From Patulibacter sp. (GTDB lineage Bacteria > Actinomycetota > Thermoleophilia > Solirubrobacterales > Solirubrobacteraceae): a DNA stretch of 64,000 nucleotides. Location of the stretch: positions 88-64,087 of the forward strand of contig JASGGQ010000001.1 of the NCBI GenBank assembly GCA_047604965.1, written 5' to 3'. The notes beneath the pieces are model-generated. The model saw only the letters and a program-made list of their open reading frames with translations. It was not told the origin of the DNA and ran no database searches. A program made the position numbers and the translations under genes. Within the stretch, counting starts at the first letter, position 1. Each line of letters opens with the position of its first letter. Below are positions 57,385 to 64,000 of this stretch, one piece after another.

Positions 57385-58382
57385 CAGTCGCGGATCAGCT
57401 CGGCGGTGCGCTCAGGTTCGCCGCGATAGCGGCTCGGCCGGCCGCCGATCCCGAGAGCGTGCCAATACCGGCGGCTGACGGGGTTCATCAGCCCGGTCTC
57501 CTCGGCCAGCGCGCGCATGTCGCCGAAGTAGGAGGCCAGGATCTCCTTCGACTTCGGCGACTGCCAGAAGGCCTCCTTGTAGACCTCCTCCGGGATGTCG
57601 AAGCGGCGGGCGATCGACCGCGGGAGGGTCATGATCTCTGAGGCGAGCCACCGCATCGTGAACGGGAACGACAGCGAGAGGTAGAAGCGCTGCACGCGAC
57701 CGAGATGGGGGAGGCGAAGCTTCAGGAACGCCACCGCGAAGGAGATATGGCGTGCCTCTTCGGCGATGTGGATCTCCATCGGGCGTTGCAGCAGTGGCGG
57801 CAGATCGACCGCTCGGATCGCGGCCTTCTGGTAGTGATCGATCGGCTCCTCGCCGCCGAGAATCCCGATCATCATCGTGATCGGCAGGAAGCCACCGACG
57901 AAGCCGAGGAACGGCATGATCGCGCGGAAGTGCGGCCGCATCCCGGGGACGTCGATGCCGGAGCGGTTGACCGCCTCCTGGAACATCTGGATGTGGTTGC
58001 ACTCCTCCGTCATCTCGTGGAGGCAGTAGCGGAACTCCGGCGAGCCGTTCGGTAGCGCCATCGCGTAGTTCATCATCCCGCGGATCAACGCGCTCTCGAA
58101 GGCGGCGCCAACCTTCAGGATGTTCAGCAGCCGCCACTGCGCCAGCTCGATCTGCTTCTCCTGCGGCAGCGCCTGGTACCAGGCCGTCGCGCCGAGCGGG
58201 TCGAGGTCGGCCGGCAGCATCCAGCGCGCGTCGGACCGGTCGGCGGTCATCTCGGGGGCGTCCCAGTCAACGTCCTCGTACGGGTCGAAGTGGACGTGGA
58301 CGGAGCCCTCCGACAGTGTCCGCAGCATCTTGCGGTAGTCCTCGTCGAAGGAGCGCTTCTGGGGGCGGATCGTGGTGGTCAC
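57384..58382 (-). CDS. Ferritin-like diiron oxygenase (AurF/p-aminobenzoate N-oxygenase-like family)
   Basis: Two E-x(n)-ExxH diiron motifs: LHEMTEECNHIQMF and IHIAEEARHISF. I re-set the start to GTG 58382 (AAAGGA ribosome-binding site 9 nt upstream), with an alternative ATG at 58511. The stop overlaps the fprB-like ATG (TGATG). The 799-aa track ORF is an artefactual extension. Confidence 0.8.
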   Translation of the reverse strand: MTTTIRPQKRSFDEDYRKMLRTLSEGSVHVHFDPYEDVDWDAPEMTADRSDARWMLPADLDPLGATAWYQALPQEKQIELAQWRLLNILKVGAAFESALIRGMMNYAMALPNGSPEFRYCLHEMTEECNHIQMFQEAVNRSGIDVPGMRPHFRAIMPFLGFVGGFLPITMMIGILGGEEPIDHYQKAAIRAVDLPPLLQRPMEIHIAEEARHISFAVAFLKLRLPHLGRVQRFYLSLSFPFTMRWLASEIMTLPRSIARRFDIPEEVYKEAFWQSPKSKEILASYFGDMRALAEETGLMNPVSRRYWHALGIGGRPSRYRGEPERTAELIRD

Positions 58383-58597
58383 GGCGGGGGAGTCCTTTCG
58401 CAGTGCTACCCGGGAACGCGGTGCATGCGCTTCCGGCTGCCAAGTTTCAACTGCGTAAGTTACACGAGTGTCAGGTAGTGCGCCAGCGGTTGCGCGCGAG
58501 TCTGTCGACATGGCGCATTGGCGCCGCCGCGAAGCGCAAGCGCCCCCAGGCGAGCGCTCATGGCACGTCCGCAGCGGTTGATCGCCGGCGCCTCGCG

Positions 58598-60325
58598 TTA
58601 GGCGGCGTTGACGCTGGCGGGGTGATCGGCGAGGCGCACGCAGTTCTTGCCCTGGTACTTCGCGCGGTACAGCGCCGCGTCGGCGGCGGCGATCAGCGCC
58701 GCCGGGTCCGGCGCGGCGGCGCTCATCACGGCGACCCCGAACGATGCCGTCACGCAGATCCGCTCGCCGGAGTTGCCGACGACCTCGGTGTCCGCCAGTG
58801 CGTGGCGCATCCGCTCGGCGAGCCGCGCGCATTCGTGCATGTCCGCATCGGAGACGACGATTGCCAACTCTTCGCCGCCGTACCGGGCCGGCTCGTCGGT
58901 CGCGCGGCAGGTGTCGCGCATCGTGGTCGCCACCGAGCGCAACACATGGTCGCCGATCTGGTGGCCATACCGGTCGTTGACCATTTTGAAATCGTCGATG
59001 TCGAGCAAGATCAACCCGACGCGCGTACCGGTTTCCACATAGCGGTCGTGGCCATCGGCGAGCAGTTCCTGGAAGCGGCGGTGGTTCGCGAGGCCGGTCA
59101 GGTCGTCGGTCAGCGCCTGGCGGTGCAAGCTTGCGTGTCGTGCCACATTGCGCGCCGCGACGCTCGCCTGCTCGCACAGGTACTGGAAGAGCTGGCGCTC
59201 CTCGACGGAGAACTCGTGCGTACTGCGCGACACCGCGACCACCCCGCCCGCGTCGATGTCGCCGACCGGCGCGGCCATCGCGTAGATCCCGCCGACGATC
59301 GCGTGCGCGAGCGATTGCCCGTTGACGGCGCGCTCCTCGACGGCCGTCAGCAGCGGCGTGTTGCGGTCGTCTTCGTGGATCGTCACGCGATGGGTCATCT
59401 TGCGGCCGAACCCGGTCGTTGAGCTGGCGCGCGCCGCGTCCGCGTCGACCGCTTCGACGGCGGCACGCGTCGTAATCGTCAGCAGCGCATCGAGGTCGAG
59501 CGTGCTGGCGAACGCATCCCCGATGCGGTGGACGGCGGCGCGTAGCCGCGTCCGTTCGCGGGTCACCGTCGCCAGTTGCACGCGCGCCTCCTCTTGCCGG
59601 TGGCCCCGCTCGACCGACGCGAGCGCGAAGAGTGCGACGAGCGGCAGCAGTCCGAGCGGCGCCCAGATCGTGACGGTGGTCGCCAGGGCCGCGATCACAC
59701 CGATCGGCGTCAGCAGAATGTCGACGAGCCACACCAGCGCGTACGGGCGCACTGGGAAGCGGCTCTCGCCGTGGTTGCGCCACCGCTCATGCACCCACGA
59801 CGCGACGGCATCAAGGCCGATCTGTGCGACGAGCGCCGCGAAGATCACCGCTGCCGATACGTTGACGCCGGGGCTCCCAGCAAGCACGAACACCGTCGCG
59901 GGCCCGAGGCAGTACAGCGAATCCCCGCCGGCCAGGATCAGCCGGCGGGCGCTGCGGCGCTGCCACAGCGCCGCGACCAAGCCGGAGCTGATGATCGCCG
60001 CGAATACGAGCATCGGTGCGAGTGCCGGCGGTCCGAGCATCAGCATCGGGATCAGCAGCAGTTGCGTCGGGATCGCGACGGTGCCCTCGATCGGGAAGGA
60101 GATGCGTGCGGTGACGGCCATTGCGACCGTCAAGAACGCCAGCAGGTACGGGTGCTCGACCTGCAACGAACCGGGCACGAGCAGCAGCGCGGCCCAGCCG
60201 GCGAAGAGCGCGCTGAGGGCCGCTTCGAGTCGCAGGTCGCCGAGCGTCGCCGTGTCGGGCGCCGCTGCACGCTCGGCCCGCGCCGCGACCTCAAGGTCGA
60301 TGAAGGTGACCTCGTCGTCGATCAT
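58598..60325 (-). CDS. Membrane-bound diguanylate cyclase (multi-TM sensor, GAF-like domain, GGDEF)
   Basis: GGDEF domain with active site GGEEL and an RxxD I-site five residues upstream (RATDEPARYGGEEL). The N-terminus has about 8 TM segments. The likely start is ATG 60325 (MIDDEVTF); the alternative at 60454 has weaker GC3. Confidence 0.9.
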   Translation of the reverse strand: MIDDEVTFIDLEVAARAERAAAPDTATLGDLRLEAALSALFAGWAALLLVPGSLQVEHPYLLAFLTVAMAVTARISFPIEGTVAIPTQLLLIPMLMLGPPALAPMLVFAAIISSGLVAALWQRRSARRLILAGGDSLYCLGPATVFVLAGSPGVNVSAAVIFAALVAQIGLDAVASWVHERWRNHGESRFPVRPYALVWLVDILLTPIGVIAALATTVTIWAPLGLLPLVALFALASVERGHRQEEARVQLATVTRERTRLRAAVHRIGDAFASTLDLDALLTITTRAAVEAVDADAARASSTTGFGRKMTHRVTIHEDDRNTPLLTAVEERAVNGQSLAHAIVGGIYAMAAPVGDIDAGGVVAVSRSTHEFSVEERQLFQYLCEQASVAARNVARHASLHRQALTDDLTGLANHRRFQELLADGHDRYVETGTRVGLILLDIDDFKMVNDRYGHQIGDHVLRSVATTMRDTCRATDEPARYGGEELAIVVSDADMHECARLAERMRHALADTEVVGNSGERICVTASFGVAVMSAAAPDPAALIAAADAALYRAKYQGKNCVRLADHPASVNAA

Positions 60326-60710
60326 GGCGCGGAGGGGCTGGACGTTTGGATGGGGGGCGGGATGGCGGACACCGGCTCTTCCCGGGGCTTCGGCGGCTTC
60401 CCGCAAATCTTGAGCGGTCGAACCGTCGAAGTGGTCCGACACACTGTCTGGCAACCTGGGCTGCTCAGATGGTCCTGCGCGGCATGTCTGGTCCTCGGGA
60501 GGGGTGGGCGGCGAACGCCCCGTGGACTGGAGTTCGTTGGGGTGGTCACTTCAGGAATTCCCTGGAGCGTGCGGACGAACGTAGTTCCGTCCGGCCGATG
60601 TGGCAAGAGAATGGGCGCGTTGCAAGCCTTCGCCCGCGCAGCCGCGTCGACGGACAAGCTCGCGGTGGACTCTTGCGGCGGCGGTGTCGCGGCCCATTAG
60701 GCTCGCGGTG

Positions 60711-61604
60711 ATGGAGGATTGCGCGCATGACGCTGGCCGGCGGGGCCGACCGGGTGTCGCGCCGCCGCTGGTCGCCGCGCTCACCGACTACGGCGATGGC
60801 GTGTACCGCGGATTGCTGGAGGCCAGCGCCCGCTACCCGCATCTGCCGCAGTTGCAGTGGCTCGACCTCGACCATGGGATCGCGCTTGGCGATGTGCGCG
60901 GTGGCGCACTGGCGCTGCGGCGGGCGGTGCCGCATCTGCCGCCGTGCGTGTGCGTCGCGGTCGTCGATCCCGGCGTTGGCACGCAGCGGCGGGCGGTGGC
61001 GGTCGCGACGGCCACCGGGCACCGGCTGGTCGGCCCAGACAACGGGCTGCTGGAGCCGGCGGTGCGGCGGCTCGGTGGGGCGGTCGCGCTGGCGGATTTG
61101 CGTGGCTCGTCATTCCGGCTGCGCGGCGACGCGCGCACCTTCGATGGCCGCGACCTGTTCGGCCCGGTGGCCGGGGCGCTTGCGGCCGGCGCGACGTTGC
61201 ACGATGTCGGCGAGGACTGCGAGCCGGGGTCGCTGGTGGCGCTGGCGCTGCCGGCGCCGCTAGCGGTCGAGCAGGGGTTGGTCGTGACGGTCCTGGAGGT
61301 CGATGCGTTCGGCACGCTGGTGCTCGCGCTCGACGATCAGCTGGCGCATTTGCCGTATCTGCCTCGGATCGGTGAGGTGGGCGTCGTGCATCCGCCGCGC
61401 GGCGGATCGGTGCCGTTGCGCGTTGGCCGGACTTTTGCCGATGTGCCGCATGGCGCGCTGGTGTTGTACATCGACTCCGATGGGGCGCTGGCGCTCGCGC
61501 GGCGCGAGGGCTCGGCGGCGCAGCAACTGGAGGTACGTGCCGGAGATCAGGTGGTCGTCGCTTTGGCCGGCGACCCGCAAACGACGGAGCCGGAGGCGGC
61601 GTGA
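60711..61604 (+). CDS. SAM hydroxide adenosyltransferase/SAM hydrolase (DUF62, fluorinase/chlorinase-related family)
   Basis: Motifs LTDYGDGVYRG, VVDPGVGTQRR, GPDNGLL and TFDGRDLFGP. The start is probably ATG 60711. Confidence 0.85.
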   Translation: MEDCAHDAGRRGRPGVAPPLVAALTDYGDGVYRGLLEASARYPHLPQLQWLDLDHGIALGDVRGGALALRRAVPHLPPCVCVAVVDPGVGTQRRAVAVATATGHRLVGPDNGLLEPAVRRLGGAVALADLRGSSFRLRGDARTFDGRDLFGPVAGALAAGATLHDVGEDCEPGSLVALALPAPLAVEQGLVVTVLEVDAFGTLVLALDDQLAHLPYLPRIGEVGVVHPPRGGSVPLRVGRTFADVPHGALVLYIDSDGALALARREGSAAQQLEVRAGDQVVVALAGDPQTTEPEAA

Positions 61605-62359
61605 TGGGAATCGGAACCGGCGATTTGCTGGTGGTGCTCGACGAGGTTGATTCGACGAACCGCGTTGCGCTTGAGCGCGCTGCGGCCGGTGCGCCGCATG
61701 GCCTGACGGTGGTCGCGCGTCGTCAGACGGCGGGGCGCGGCCGGCAGGGTCGTTCGTGGCGGTCTGGTGATGGTGCGCTGACGCTCAGTGTCGTCGTGCG
61801 CGGCACGCCGGTCGATGGGCTGCTGCCGTTGCGCGCCGGGCTCGCGGTCGCTCGCACGGTCGGGCCGTCGGCGCGCGTGAAGTGGCCGAACGACGTGCTG
61901 GTCGAAGGGCGCAAGGTGGCGGGGATCTTGGTCGAGCAGGTGGGCGATCGTGTGGGCGGTGGCGCGCAAGGTGGGGCGGCTGATGACGGCGAGCCTGGTG
62001 GGGGGCCGGTGGCGGTCGTTGGGATTGGCGTGAACGTTGCGGTTGACGTGTCGTCGTGGCCGCCGGAGATCGCGGCGCGCGCCGGTTCGCTGGGTTGCAG
62101 CGCTGATCAGGTCGATGCGGTGCGCGACCAGCTGCTGGTCGAGTTGACCGACGCTTTGTCGCTCGACGCTCCGACGATCGTCGCGCTGCTCGCGGCTCGC
62201 GACGCGCTTGCGGCGCGCGCGATCTCCTGGTCGGCTGCCGATGGCGGCGGGCGGCGCGACGGCCACGCCGAGGGGATCGAGGCCGATGGCCGCTTGCGCG
62301 TCCGCCTTCCCGACGGCGAGCTGCTGCACCTCACCGGCGGCGAGGTCCACCTGTTGTAG
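61601..62359 (+). CDS. birA: Biotin--[acetyl-CoA-carboxylase] ligase (class I, no N-terminal HTH)
   Basis: GRGRQGRSW (GRGRxGRxW), KWPNDVLVEGRKVAGILVE. It overlaps the upstream stop (GTGATG). Confidence 0.92.
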   Translation: MMGIGTGDLLVVLDEVDSTNRVALERAAAGAPHGLTVVARRQTAGRGRQGRSWRSGDGALTLSVVVRGTPVDGLLPLRAGLAVARTVGPSARVKWPNDVLVEGRKVAGILVEQVGDRVGGGAQGGAADDGEPGGGPVAVVGIGVNVAVDVSSWPPEIAARAGSLGCSADQVDAVRDQLLVELTDALSLDAPTIVALLAARDALAARAISWSAADGGGRRDGHAEGIEADGRLRVRLPDGELLHLTGGEVHLL

Positions 62360-62376
62360 CGCCGGCCGGCCGACGG

Positions 62377-64000
62377 CTACGAGTCGCGCTGGGCGGCCTC
62401 GGCGGCCTTCTTCGCCTCGGCGTTCCGGCGGCGGGTCTCCGCTGCCTTCTTCGCCGCCGCCGACCGTGCGGCCTTCTTCGCCGCCTCCACGTCGCTCAGC
62501 GCGGCTTCACCGGCCGCCTTCGCGGTCGAACGGGAGCGCGGCGCCGACGTCGCTTTGGCCTTCGGGCCCGACGACTTTGCCACGGGAACCTTCGGCTCGC
62601 CGGCCTGCGCCGGCTCGCCGGCCTGCGCCGGCTTGCCGCCTGCCTCGCCGCCCTTCAGCGCGGCCGCCGCCGCAGCGATCGCATCGACGGCGCCCGCCGG
62701 CGTCTCCGTCATCGGCGCGCCGCCAGCCGCGCTCTTGTCGGCGTCATCAGCGGTCGCAGCGTCCCCGGAAGCTGCTTCGGTGCCAGCGCTCTTCTTGCGG
62801 CGGCGGCTGCGCGAACGGCGATTGCGCTTCGGCTCGCCATCGCCTGCGGGCGGCGCAACGGTCGCCGTCGCTCCGCCATCGGCCGGCTCCCCGGCGGCGT
62901 CGCCCGCAGCATCGCCAGCCACGCCGCCAGCCACGCCGCTCTTCTCCGCCGCCTTCTTACGGCGCCGACTGCGCGACCGCCGCGACCGCTTCCCAGAAGC
63001 AGAACCCCCACGCTCGGCCGCTAGCTCCGCCGCCTCACCCTCAAAGGTGTACGCCTCATACTCGACGACCTTCGGCGCGTGCCCGGACCGATCGTCGCCG
63101 CCATCGGCTGCGTCGGTCGGGTCGCCTCCCGGCGCGCCGACGAGCTTCGGCTCCGGTGCTGCCGCATCGGCCGCTGCACGATCGGTGCCGCTGGCGCCGA
63201 CCGCAGCGGCGGCCGTCAGCGTCTCGTCGGCTGCCTTGCGGCTCTGAGCGCCCTTGCTGGGCCCACCGCCCGGCCCGGCTGAGCCACCGGCCTTCGGGAT
63301 GTTGCGCAGCAGCTCGCGCGCCAGCGCCCCCGGCTTGCGCGCGAGCCGCGTGCGCGCCCCGGTAATCACCTGCATCGCCTCGGGAGTATGCGGACGCGCC
63401 GCCGCCAGCATCGCCGCCTGAAGCCGGCGGTCCTGCTCGCGGCTGGCCTGCACCAGCCGCCGCGCATTGCGGCCATGCGCCGGCCCCGCCGAGTTCACCA
63501 GCAGCCCCAGCAGGCGCTTGCCTTCCTTCCAGCGCTGCGTCGCATACTCCTCATGCTCATCGGCGGTCGCTTCCGCGAGCTGCCAAATCCACGCCGTCGC
63601 CTGATCGCGCCGCCCAACCGGCTTATCGGCGATCGACTGCAACAAGATGCGCACCGCGTCGCGGCGATCCTCGCGCTTCCACGTCGTGATCTCGTCGACC
63701 GCATCGGCAAACGCCTCCGGGTCACGCAGCGCCGCGATGTCCTGCACCGCTTTGAGCCGCACCTGGGGGCTGTCGTTGCGCTTGATCGCCGTCACCAGGA
63801 ACGCGCGCTTGAGCTCGCCGCCGCGATCGAAGTGCAACATCGCGCGCGCCTTGCGCCAGTTCGCGTTGCTGACCTGCGCCCCGGCCAGCGCCGCCCACTG
63901 CACCTGCTCGCCGTAGTCGAGATGTTCGACCGCGATCCGCCATAGCTCGCGCTTGAAGATCTCCAGCCGCACCTCCGGGTTGCTGGCGACCGGCAGCACC
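62377..64000 (-). CDS. Hypothetical protein: helical N-terminal region plus a long Ala/Lys/Arg/Gly-rich disordered C-terminal tail; the N-terminus probably lies beyond the right window edge
   Basis: The track ORF 62377..63999 starts at a GTG 1 nt from the window edge, so the reading frame may continue upstream. The tail contains a duplicated basic block (KRSRRSRSRRRKK / KRNRRSRSRRRKK), AQAGEP x2, and a histone-H1-like AAKKAA terminus. GC3 is high. Confidence 0.6.
   Translation of the reverse strand, partial: VLPVASNPEVRLEIFKRELWRIAVEHLDYGEQVQWAALAGAQVSNANWRKARAMLHFDRGGELKRAFLVTAIKRNDSPQVRLKAVQDIAALRDPEAFADAVDEITTWKREDRRDAVRILLQSIADKPVGRRDQATAWIWQLAEATADEHEEYATQRWKEGKRLLGLLVNSAGPAHGRNARRLVQASREQDRRLQAAMLAAARPHTPEAMQVITGARTRLARKPGALARELLRNIPKAGGSAGPGGGPSKGAQSRKAADETLTAAAAVGASGTDRAAADAAAPEPKLVGAPGGDPTDAADGGDDRSGHAPKVVEYEAYTFEGEAAELAAERGGSASGKRSRRSRSRRRKKAAEKSGVAGGVAGDAAGDAAGEPADGGATATVAPPAGDGEPKRNRRSRSRRRKKSAGTEAASGDAATADDADKSAAGGAPMTETPAGAVDAIAAAAAALKGGEAGGKPAQAGEPAQAGEPKVPVAKSSGPKAKATSAPRSRSTAKAAGEAALSDVEAAKKAARSAAAKKAAETRRRNAEAKKAAEAAQRDS

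Noticed and set aside
58383-59783. The N-terminal 467 codons of the 799-aa track ORF 57384..59783.
   Set aside because: This part overlaps the diguanylate cyclase gene in another frame and is Arg/Pro/Gly-rich. The diiron-oxygenase homology, GC3 signal and a ribosome-binding site begin only at GTG 58382. The extension is not coding.
60326-60710. The small ORFs 60346..60711 (+) and 60322..60657 (-) in the 385-nt divergent region between the diguanylate cyclase and DUF62 genes.
   Set aside because: Both have mixed third-position composition (many A/T) and Arg/Gly/Trp-rich translations with no motifs. I treated the region as a promoter or leader region. I could not confirm an sRNA.
62377-63999. 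Assigning the last gene to a known family (HEAT-repeat DNA-alkylation-repair AlkD-like, or histone-like protein).
   Set aside because: The resemblance is only compositional, or comes from vague helical-repeat character. The gene has no diagnostic motif and is truncated at the edge, so I left it as hypothetical.

Overview
This is a very GC-rich bacterial chromosome segment, about 70% GC by eye, with almost all third codon positions G/C in convincing genes. Several features point to Actinomycetota, though I cannot determine the lineage: the dnaK-grpE-dnaJ-hspR operon plus clpB, an Ino1 gene next to a CDP-alcohol phosphatidyltransferase, an FprB-type ferredoxin/ferredoxin-NADP reductase fusion, a YkuD L,D-transpeptidase, DUF4394, and an RCC1-repeat secreted protein. 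I count about 57 credible protein genes and one tRNA (Phe-GAA). I saw no rRNA, CRISPR array, transposase or integrase. The blocks, left to right, are:
- a glycoside-hydrolase pair (1-2.6 kb)
- the heat-shock regulon (2.7-12.1 kb)
- small housekeeping genes (12.3-15.7 kb)
- an inositol-phospholipid cluster with a glycosyltransferase-PHP fusion (16.0-21.8 kb)
- secreted FecR-like and RCC1 proteins (22.0-25.9 kb)
- fadH and tRNA-Phe followed by a 2.2-kb three-gene islet (26.0-30.5 kb)
- a TetR/MFS pair, a second glycoside-hydrolase-like paralog and pxpABC (30.6-36.6 kb)
- a MerR-GAF regulator, a secreted hypothetical protein and an L,D-transpeptidase (36.8-40.2 kb)
- a sulfonate/dimethylsulfone utilisation cluster with its ABC importer (40.3-48.1 kb)
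- a nine-gene, largely translationally coupled tetrapyrrole operon containing ccmABCD (48.4-55.9 kb)
- an fprB/diiron-oxygenase pair, a diguanylate cyclase, a DUF62 SAM hydrolase and birA (55.9-62.4 kb)
- an edge-truncated gene for a low-complexity basic protein (62.4-64.0 kb)

Most of the long ORFs in the six-frame track are antisense or alternative-frame artefacts of the high GC, with Arg/Pro/Ala-rich translations. The track's M starts include GTG and TTG, so I re-set many N-termini and they are approximate. Motif coordinates I located by hand may be off by 1-2 nt. All family calls come from motif recognition by eye; I ran no database search.

The best candidate for something new is the islet directly 3' of tRNA-Phe. 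It carries a PIN-like DUF4411 protein, an XRE-HTH/ImmA-IrrE metallopeptidase and a small winged-helix-like ORF, bracketed by repeats that echo the tRNA 3' end. Other leads:
- a 48-bp perfect palindrome present twice at convergent gene junctions
- a 52-bp near-perfect palindrome with four mutually pairing segments at 15.7 kb
- a GT4-PHP fusion
- a flavin-reductase fusion to a degenerate GTP-cyclohydrolase-II-like domain
- a System I ccmABCD module without ccmEFGH inside a heme biosynthesis operon
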